A program made the position numbers and the translations under genes. The notes beneath the pieces were generated by a model that was not told the origin of the DNA, did not search any database, and worked only from the letters and a program-made list of their open reading frames with translations. 64,000 bases of DNA from the NCBI GenBank assembly GCA_031402655.1, contig JANNSO010000139.1:3120-67119 (forward strand), given 5' to 3'. Of this stretch, positions 56,487 to 64,000 are shown one piece after another. The DNA is from Spirochaetota bacterium (GTDB taxonomy: Bacteria > Spirochaetota > Spirochaetia > Treponematales > UBA12059). Within the stretch, counting starts at the first letter, position 1. Each line of letters opens with the position of its first letter.

Positions 56487-57846
56487 GATAAGCCCAGCCG
56501 CCGCGCCGGGCGAGAAACTCTCCCTGGGTACCAAGCTGGGATTCGGGGTCGGAGACCTCGGTGGTAATCTTTTCTTTACCGCGATGGGTTTTTGGAGCCT
56601 CAATTACCTTACCGATACCGTAGGCATCTCGGCGGCGGCCGCAGGCTTGGCCATCATGATAGCAAAGATATGGGATGCCCTGATCGACCCGGTAATCGGC
56701 TTTGCCTCGGACCGTACGCAGACCCGCTGGGGCCGCAGGCGACCATACCTCTTGTTCGGAGCAATACCGCTGGTCCTGTCGATGTGGTACTTCTTCTCCA
56801 CGCCTGCCTTCTCCACCGATATCGGCGGCGCGATATGGGCGGTTCTGGCGCTCTGCCTGCTTAATACGGCTTACAGCCTGGTAAATATTCCTTACGGCTC
56901 CCTTACTCCCGAACTGACGAAAGACTACAAGGAACGAACCTCGCTCAACGGTTTCCGGTTCAGCTTCGCGGTCATAGGGACGATTCTAGGCGCGGCCATC
57001 GTGCTGCCGATAGTAGGCCTGGCAGGTGGAGACAAGTCTCTGGGATTTTCCATTGTCGGATTGACTTTCGGCCTGGTCATGGCAATTACCATATTGATAA
57101 CGTTTTTCTCGGTGCGCGAGCCCGATCGTTCGCGCACCCCTGTTCCGACCGAAGGATTTTTCGCCACTTTCCTGGCGGTTTTCAAGGATAAGACCTACGT
57201 GCGGCTCATCCTTATCTATGGATGCAACCTTACCGGCATTACCTTCGTTCAGACAATTCTCGTGTACTACTTCAAGTATCTATACCGTAACGAGGGCATG
57301 ACCACCATGGCCATGATAGCGCTTCTCGTTACCGCCATGGTTTTCGTTCCTATCTCCGTTGCCATCGCAAAGAAAATCGGAAAAAAGCGCACGTACCAGC
57401 TGGCTCTCGGAATCCTGTCGCTGAGCTGCATGACCATTTTTGCGCTTGGCCATATCCTGGGCATGTACTTTACCGTCGGAGTCATGGTATTTGCCGGTAT
57501 CGGCGTTGGACTTGGCTACGTTCCGCCTTTTGCCATGCTTCCGGACATCGTGGAAGTAGACGCGATTTCGACAGGCAAACGAAAGGAAGGCGCATACTAC
57601 GGCATGTGGACTTTTATCTCCACCCTCGGCGTCTCCCTTGCCCCTGCCCTTACCGGATTATTCCTGGGCATTTCCGGTTTTATGGCCGACAAAGAACAGA
57701 CACAGAGTACGCTCAACGCGATACGCCTGATAATAGGCCCCATCCCGGCGGTCATCTTTGTTATGGGAATCATACTTTTAAACCGTTATCGCCTGGACGA
57801 AAAGACATATAACGGCATACTTGCCCAAAGACAGATCCATGAGTGA
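56473..57846 (+). CDS. MFS transporter, GPH/MelB family
   Basis: GFGVGDLG, WDALIDP...SDRT.TRWGRRRPY, PYGSL.PELT..Y.ER. Confidence 0.9.
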   Translation: MKSAKISPAAAPGEKLSLGTKLGFGVGDLGGNLFFTAMGFWSLNYLTDTVGISAAAAGLAIMIAKIWDALIDPVIGFASDRTQTRWGRRRPYLLFGAIPLVLSMWYFFSTPAFSTDIGGAIWAVLALCLLNTAYSLVNIPYGSLTPELTKDYKERTSLNGFRFSFAVIGTILGAAIVLPIVGLAGGDKSLGFSIVGLTFGLVMAITILITFFSVREPDRSRTPVPTEGFFATFLAVFKDKTYVRLILIYGCNLTGITFVQTILVYYFKYLYRNEGMTTMAMIALLVTAMVFVPISVAIAKKIGKKRTYQLALGILSLSCMTIFALGHILGMYFTVGVMVFAGIGVGLGYVPPFAMLPDIVEVDAISTGKRKEGAYYGMWTFISTLGVSLAPALTGLFLGISGFMADKEQTQSTLNAIRLIIGPIPAVIFVMGIILLNRYRLDEKTYNGILAQRQIHE

Positions 57847-60800
57847 ACGAGACCTGCACGTCGGCTATGACCTGGGATCGGAAACCGTCTATGCGGTTGT
57901 CCTGGACGGGGAAGGGCGCATCGAACTGGCCATGCCACCGTATATGCATTTCGGCAATCCATTCGATGCGCTCGCCGAGGCTCACGGGGAAATAATCCGC
58001 CTAGTAGGCAAGGACCGCATCAAGGGTTTCGGTTTTACCGGCTTCTCCGGCAGGCTCGTCGCGGAGAAAACGGGTAATCCGTTTTGGTACGATACCATCA
58101 CGATATCCAAAGGAGCCAAAATACTCTCCCCCGACGCGCGCTATGTCGTGCACCTTGGTTCCAAAGACCCTTATTTTTTCGAGATAGAAGCAGGATCTGA
58201 TGACGATCCGGGCTGTGTGTCGGACCACGCCACCGGCACCAAATGCGGAGGCGGATCGGGAATATTAATTAACAAACAGGCTCGCCGATTTTTCGCGGAA
58301 GCAGTGCCGGCGCATATCGACATCGAGCAAGGCAGCGAGACGGAACGCATCGCCACCCGCTGGAAAAACCGAAAAGCGCTACAGGACCAGATGGAAGGCA
58401 TCCACATCCTGGCCGAGGCCTCCATGACCAGCTCGGACAAATGCCTTGAAGTGGGCGGTCGATGCGGCGTTATCATCCAGTCGGACATGATCCACATGCA
58501 GAATTCAGGCGAGCAGATAAAAAACATCCTCAAGGGAATGTATGCCCGGATCGCCGGAAATTTCCGCTGCGACGTTCTTGGCACGCGCAGCATCGACGCC
58601 TCGCTCAAGGCCATAGCCACCGGAGGAGCTTTTCTTAACAGAAGCCTTGCGGGCGTGTTTTCGGGGGAACTTGGGCTTGAACTCGGGCTTCCCCCGCATT
58701 TCGACAAAGTCGGAGCATTCGGCGCGGCACTCAAGTCGCTCGAAGAAGGAAACGAATCCTCCTTCGACGCCGGCAGGCTTAAGGACGTCGTCGCGGCGCA
58801 CAAAGCCAACATAGCATTTGCCCCGCCGCTCGCCTCGGCACTGAACCGCGTCATAAACCACAAAAACGAGGCTGCCATCAGGAAAACCTCCGGCGGTCTG
58901 ACCGTATTCCGCGAACCCCAGGGGAAGGCTCGCGTCGTCCTTGGCATGGACGGGGGCTCAACGACCACCAAAGCCATCGTAGCCGATGCCGAAGACCTGT
59001 CCATAATCGCCGAAATTTGCCTGGATACGGACGGCAAGCCCCTGGAAACCGCCCAGAAGGTATTCGCCGAAATACGGGACGCCCTTAACGACTCGATAGA
59101 AGTCGAAGGAATCGCGTACACCGGATCATCCGGCGCTTTTTATTATAAATTATTCACTAACCACGGCATCGAGGCCGGCGGCAGCGGCACGGATATCGTA
59201 AAGGACGAGATAACCTGCCACGCCGCGGGAGTCAAGCTCTTCGACGAAAAAGTGGACACGATTTTCGAGTGCGGCGGCCAGGACGCGAAATTTACCGTAT
59301 TCGGCCCCGACGGAAACGTTCGAAAAGCCAAGATGAATCTGTCATGCATGGCCGGAACCGGTCAGTCCATGAAGAACATGCTGGACATGCTCGGCTTCGA
59401 CTTCGAGTCGTTCGACGATCTTGCCCTCTCAGCGACGCGTACGCCGGTATGCGATGAAATGTGCGCAATTTTTACGGAGGCCGGCGTTCTCAAGCTTGTC
59501 GCCCTTGGCTTTCCCAAAGAAGAAATCGCCGCGGCCATCGCCTATGGCTTCATGGGCGGTTACGCCAATAAGTTCGTTGGCAGCGAAACCTTCGGCACCT
59601 ATGCCTCGGCGCAAGGCGGGCCATTCAAGGGGCTTGCATGCCTCGCTGCGCTCGCCCTGCATACCGGCGCGGTGATAAACGCATTCCCCCACCGCCAGCT
59701 TTTCGGGGCATTGGGTGCCGCCGCCATCGCCCGCAATAGACTGCGAGAGGTTCAAGGACGAGGGGCAAAAGCCGTTCTTCGCTGGAAGGGTTTCTCGCTT
59801 GCGGACGCGGTTTTCGACAAGAGCGTGGATCAATGCAGCAAGGTCGTGGAGAATAGTTGCGGCGTGCGCGACTGCAGGCTCCAAATATACGGCCATGGCA
59901 GGGACCTTATCTTCTCCGGCGGGCTCTGTCCCAAAGGCAACACTGAGGCTGCAGGAAAACGCACACCCGACTATGTCGGCCTCTATAAGACCATGCTGGA
60001 GAGGGAAATCCGCAAGTACTCCTTCAAGCCCGAAGAAACCGATCCTTCCGACGGCCCCCGCATTCTCATTCCCCGCAGCCTGCATTTTCTTAACGAACGG
60101 TCGATCCTCCTGTGCGCATTCTACAAAAATCTCGGTTTCAAGGTCGTCGTCTCACCGGAATCCAATGATCATATAGCCAAGCTCGGCATCGCCCGGTCGC
60201 ACTCGGAAGCCTGCTACCCGTCCAAGCTGCACAATGGCCACGCAGCCTATCTCAAAAAGTGGCTGCGGCCGGGTAAGGACAAGCTTTGCCTCATTAATTT
60301 CCTGGGGAAGGGCGACAAGGGTGCCGCACAGAACCAGGCCAAGACCTGCCCCTACGTCTCCGGCGCGGGTTTCGCCGCCAAAGAAGCCATCAAGCTGGCG
60401 ACCGAGGACGCCCTGCTTCCACTGATCATATTCAACGACCCGATATACCCGGCGGAGGTCGATTTCGCCGATGACCTTTCGCGCGCCTTCGCGAATGCTC
60501 CACAGACGGGAAAATTTACCGTCCGGCGGGTAAGGCAAGCCCTTAGGGATGCGGAAAAAGCACAAGCCGAATTCCTCGTCCAGGTCTACGCCACGGGCGA
60601 ATCCATAGTGGAGAGGCTCAAGGCCAAGAAAGAAACCGTTTACATCGGCATAGGACGAGGTTATACTTTATTCGACGACAAAGCCAGCTCAAAAATCCAC
60701 GAACTGTTCATCGCCAACGGCCTGCACTTCATGCCGGCATTCTTCCTCAACAGACCCGAAAACGATTTCTCCGAAATCGTGCACCACATGTACTGGTACC

Positions 60801-62383
60801 AGGGTCGCGAGATGGTCCGCTATTCGCTCCGCACTGCCCTGGATCCGGACTTCTACGGCGTGCGCGAGACCAACTTCAATTGCGGCCCCGACGCGATGCT
60901 CTCGTATCACGAGACCAGGCTTTTCGACAACGCCAAGAAACCGTATTTAACCCTGCAGACCGACGGCCATAACTCCAATGCGCAGTTCGGCACGCGCACC
61001 ATGGCATTCAATGAGGTCGTCAAGAATCACACTTCCGGCCCGGTTGCCATAGAACAGCTTAGAACTCCCGCTTCGCATGCAAGGGGCTTCGACAAGCGGC
61101 TCCTGGGAATACCCAACATGGGAACCGAGAGTTCGGACGCTCTGGCCGCCGTGTTCAGGTCGGTAGGATGCGCATCCGAGCTGATGCCCACGATGACCAG
61201 GGAATCGAACTACTGGGCGCGTAAATATCTTATAACAAACAATTGCCTGCCCATGCACATACTCTTCGGCGACAGCTTCGCCTGGCTCAAGCAGAAGGAA
61301 GCGGAAGGCTTGAACCCCAACGAAGATCTCGCTCTTTTTATACCCATGGCGGGCGGTCCCTGCCGACTCGGCCAATACCATATCATTACGCGTTATTTCC
61401 TGGACATGGCCGGCTACGACAGGGTACCCATCGTCAATCCGGCCGCATACCTCGACTGGGAGAACATTCCTCTTTCGCCCAAGCGCCTGGGAAAGCTCCG
61501 CCAGGGAATTGCCAAATCCGTTATCGCATCGGACATAATCTACGATGCCCGCCTCAGGACCAGGCCTTACGAAATAAACCCCGGCGAGACCGACCGCGTC
61601 TTTGCGGCTATCCATAAAGAGTTTATAGGTATTGTCGAACGCGGAAGCGACTTGAAGGAACTCGAGGCGCTGATGGCCAAAGCCCATGGATCCTGCGCCG
61701 GGATTCCCGTTATAAAAGATAAATTCCCCCTGGTAGGACTGTTCGGCGAGATTTTCGTCAGAAGCCATACCGGGTCCAACGAGGAATCGATACGGCTTCT
61801 GGAACGCCACGGGCTCGAGGTCGCGCCGCGCCTGATAGCGGACATGCTGGAGTACAACAACCGGATGCAGAAGGATGCCTTCCTCAAGGAACGGCGCTAC
61901 AAAGCCTGGTTCATCGCCATCATCAAGGGCATCTATATGCGCACGGTGGAGAAACGCCTGTCCGCCGCCTTTGAGGACTATCTGGGAGGCAGATTCCGTC
62001 TGCGCCCGCTGGAAGTGTATGGAATCCTGCGCAAGCATAATATCTTCGATATACGCATCAAGGGTGAAGCCGGCATATCGATAGGCACAACCTTCAACAT
62101 GATGAACGGCAACCCGGAAAACCTGCACGGCGTCTATCATCTTGAACCGTTCGGCTGCATGCAGGAATGCGTCGCCGTATCCAAGATACGCTCGCTCATC
62201 GATCTGAAGCGCCAAAACTCCCCGGAAATGGCGGACCGCATCATTCCCTACCTCGTTGGCGTGTTCGGCGATTCCGAACTGCCCAACATGGAAGCCGAGA
62301 TAGCGATGTTCGCCGAGAAATGCTATGCGCGGCGCGATGCGGAAGAAAGCAGGAAAAACAGGGATTCCATTACCATTGCCTGA
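57839..62383 (+). CDS. fused CoA-activase (2x BadF/BadG/BcrA/BcrD ATPase) + reductase/dehydratase domains, PlsA/PlsR- or Ger-like
   Basis: YDLGSET, KCGGGSG, MDGGSTTTK, ECGGQDAK, SCMAGTG; CYPSKL.NGH, FNCGPD, GGPCRLGQY, GEIFVR, PFGCMQ. Confidence 0.85.
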   Translation: MSERDLHVGYDLGSETVYAVVLDGEGRIELAMPPYMHFGNPFDALAEAHGEIIRLVGKDRIKGFGFTGFSGRLVAEKTGNPFWYDTITISKGAKILSPDARYVVHLGSKDPYFFEIEAGSDDDPGCVSDHATGTKCGGGSGILINKQARRFFAEAVPAHIDIEQGSETERIATRWKNRKALQDQMEGIHILAEASMTSSDKCLEVGGRCGVIIQSDMIHMQNSGEQIKNILKGMYARIAGNFRCDVLGTRSIDASLKAIATGGAFLNRSLAGVFSGELGLELGLPPHFDKVGAFGAALKSLEEGNESSFDAGRLKDVVAAHKANIAFAPPLASALNRVINHKNEAAIRKTSGGLTVFREPQGKARVVLGMDGGSTTTKAIVADAEDLSIIAEICLDTDGKPLETAQKVFAEIRDALNDSIEVEGIAYTGSSGAFYYKLFTNHGIEAGGSGTDIVKDEITCHAAGVKLFDEKVDTIFECGGQDAKFTVFGPDGNVRKAKMNLSCMAGTGQSMKNMLDMLGFDFESFDDLALSATRTPVCDEMCAIFTEAGVLKLVALGFPKEEIAAAIAYGFMGGYANKFVGSETFGTYASAQGGPFKGLACLAALALHTGAVINAFPHRQLFGALGAAAIARNRLREVQGRGAKAVLRWKGFSLADAVFDKSVDQCSKVVENSCGVRDCRLQIYGHGRDLIFSGGLCPKGNTEAAGKRTPDYVGLYKTMLEREIRKYSFKPEETDPSDGPRILIPRSLHFLNERSILLCAFYKNLGFKVVVSPESNDHIAKLGIARSHSEACYPSKLHNGHAAYLKKWLRPGKDKLCLINFLGKGDKGAAQNQAKTCPYVSGAGFAAKEAIKLATEDALLPLIIFNDPIYPAEVDFADDLSRAFANAPQTGKFTVRRVRQALRDAEKAQAEFLVQVYATGESIVERLKAKKETVYIGIGRGYTLFDDKASSKIHELFIANGLHFMPAFFLNRPENDFSEIVHHMYWYQGREMVRYSLRTALDPDFYGVRETNFNCGPDAMLSYHETRLFDNAKKPYLTLQTDGHNSNAQFGTRTMAFNEVVKNHTSGPVAIEQLRTPASHARGFDKRLLGIPNMGTESSDALAAVFRSVGCASELMPTMTRESNYWARKYLITNNCLPMHILFGDSFAWLKQKEAEGLNPNEDLALFIPMAGGPCRLGQYHIITRYFLDMAGYDRVPIVNPAAYLDWENIPLSPKRLGKLRQGIAKSVIASDIIYDARLRTRPYEINPGETDRVFAAIHKEFIGIVERGSDLKELEALMAKAHGSCAGIPVIKDKFPLVGLFGEIFVRSHTGSNEESIRLLERHGLEVAPRLIADMLEYNNRMQKDAFLKERRYKAWFIAIIKGIYMRTVEKRLSAAFEDYLGGRFRLRPLEVYGILRKHNIFDIRIKGEAGISIGTTFNMMNGNPENLHGVYHLEPFGCMQECVAVSKIRSLIDLKRQNSPEMADRIIPYLVGVFGDSELPNMEAEIAMFAEKCYARRDAEESRKNRDSITIA

Positions 62384-63998
62384 TTATCTTTCCTTCCCGG
62401 TTGATGTATGCCGAAGGGCCTTCGTCCTTAAACCGCACGGACGCCCTGCCCGGCCAGGTTTCCAGTACTTCATCGAACATCGGGGGAATTACCCAGGCGC
62501 CGAAAAAGTCCGCCAATCCCCAGCGCGGCGGAAAATCCCCGTTGCCCTCGGCCAGCCAGACAAAGCCCGCAAAGGCCTCGCGCCCATCGCGAAACAGGAA
62601 TGGTATGATTGTCTTTCCGGTTTTATCGATATAGCCATAATTGCCGTCTTTCTTAACGCGCGCAAGACCTCCGGAAAAGGGCCAGGCTTCCTGAAACTGC
62701 GCGGATAGAGCTATGCGTCCTTGCGGGTCTGCATAGCCCCATTTCCCGTCGGCCATGACCGCCGACAAGCCTTCGGTAAAATTGCGCGCCGCATCGAAAG
62801 TCGGCTTTATTACCCAGCTCCCCGAATCATTCATGAACCCGGCTTTTCCGCCTTCCCGCACGACGAACCAGCCCGCCTCCGCCGCTTTACCGCCGCGTAT
62901 CGATACGGAGTGGGAACCCAGGGGAATTATTTCTTTGCCGTTCCGGTCGATTACTCCCATAAGCCCGTTTGTTCGAACCACGGCGCGGGAGTTTAAGAAA
63001 GGCGAAGCAAAATCGTAGCGCGCTTCGATAGCCATGCGTCCCGTTTTATCTACATAGCCCCAGAGCTTGCCTAATTTAACCGGAGCCAGGCCATCGCCAA
63101 ACTTTTCAGCCTCGTCAAAGCGCGGAACAATTACTACGCTTCCTTTGGCATCGATGTAACCCCAGCGCGACTTGTCGTCCCTTATCGGCGCAAGCCCTTC
63201 GGAAAAAGCCTTAAGCGCATAAGGAACCTTTTCCATGACCGCATTGCCGTCCAGGTTGATGAAACCGGATTGACCCGCGTTGCCGTTGTAGGCCAGCATG
63301 CCTTGGCCCAAGGAATTAAAGGACAGGGAATTGATGCCTCCATGCCAGAGAACCCGCCCATCCGTGCTTATTACCTGATCCATTCTCTTAAGAAAAACAA
63401 GTGCCAGCGGACCTTCATAGTTTTCTATATAGGACCATGATGGATTTTCTATAATCCATCGACCGTCGAGACCGATAAAACCAGCATGTTTAGTATCCGC
63501 CACTGCCGCGCGTCCCTCGGAAAAAGGCTGGGCATGCAAAAACCATCCGGAGATCAGTTTGCCGTCGGCGTCAATGTAGCCTTGCATCAGCTTGCTGTTT
63601 TCTACCAGTGCCCGACCCTCGCTCATGACTCCTATGCTCCTGTACGCCGGCTCAAGGATCAATCGCCCAGTTAAATCGCTCAGGCCCTGCAAGCCGCCTT
63701 TGCCTACGACGACGCGCCCGCCGCTCGGCGGAAAAACCGCGTCCCATTCCGGTTTGATGGCGATTTTACCGGCCTCGTCGACAAGCCCCCAGAAGGCACC
63801 AACACGCACGGGTGCGAAACCTTCGGAAAATGGCCAGGCCTGGTCAAACGCCGGACTTATAATAAATTTACCTTTTTTGTTTATGTATCCCCAGCGCCCG
63901 TTTAGCTCTACGGCCGCCTTGCCTTCGGAAAACGAACCGGCCTGCGTATAGGCGAGGGGTATAACTTCCTTTCCGGCCGCGTCGAGGAAGCCCCAGAG
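62370..63998 (-). CDS. WG (KWG Leptospira)-repeat protein, 5' end beyond the window
   Basis: More than 10 repeats of FSEGLA.V....WGYID..G..VI; frame stays open to the window end. Confidence 0.9.
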   Translation of the reverse strand, partial: LWGFLDAAGKEVIPLAYTQAGSFSEGKAAVELNGRWGYINKKGKFIISPAFDQAWPFSEGFAPVRVGAFWGLVDEAGKIAIKPEWDAVFPPSGGRVVVGKGGLQGLSDLTGRLILEPAYRSIGVMSEGRALVENSKLMQGYIDADGKLISGWFLHAQPFSEGRAAVADTKHAGFIGLDGRWIIENPSWSYIENYEGPLALVFLKRMDQVISTDGRVLWHGGINSLSFNSLGQGMLAYNGNAGQSGFINLDGNAVMEKVPYALKAFSEGLAPIRDDKSRWGYIDAKGSVVIVPRFDEAEKFGDGLAPVKLGKLWGYVDKTGRMAIEARYDFASPFLNSRAVVRTNGLMGVIDRNGKEIIPLGSHSVSIRGGKAAEAGWFVVREGGKAGFMNDSGSWVIKPTFDAARNFTEGLSAVMADGKWGYADPQGRIALSAQFQEAWPFSGGLARVKKDGNYGYIDKTGKTIIPFLFRDGREAFAGFVWLAEGNGDFPPRWGLADFFGAWVIPPMFDEVLETWPGRASVRFKDEGPSAYINREGKIIRQW

Positions 63999-64000
63999 TT

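Overview
Chromosomal window from an anaerobic spirochaete (Treponema/Rectinema-like, inferred from gene content and a MurA with the Cys-to-Asp substitution). It holds about 55 CDS and one tRNA-Leu(CAA). Housekeeping and energy loci: birA-bioYMN with a BirA operator, murA, galK with alpha-galactosidase, corA, a Na+-translocating decarboxylase operon, rnfCDGEAB, apbE and lgt. Signalling loci: PAS-GGDEF-EAL, GHKL-HDOD, two sigma54 activators, STAS-YbjN-PspA, and Crp. The most interesting coding locus is an operon of acyltransferase + MelB/MFS transporter + a 1514-aa fused PlsA/PlsR (Ger)-type ether-lipid/plasmalogen enzyme. The non-coding DNA is unusually structured: a RAYT transposase with 67-bp REP-like repeats, a family of 38-bp hairpin mini-elements with 4-bp target duplications (one composite copy splits a phd antitoxin gene), a 129-bp MITE, a second dispersed hairpin family, a DnaA-box cluster with no dnaA in the window, and a full sigma54 promoter layout (-24/-12, phased A-tracts, tandem palindromes). 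Product calls come from recognised motifs only; no database searches were run.
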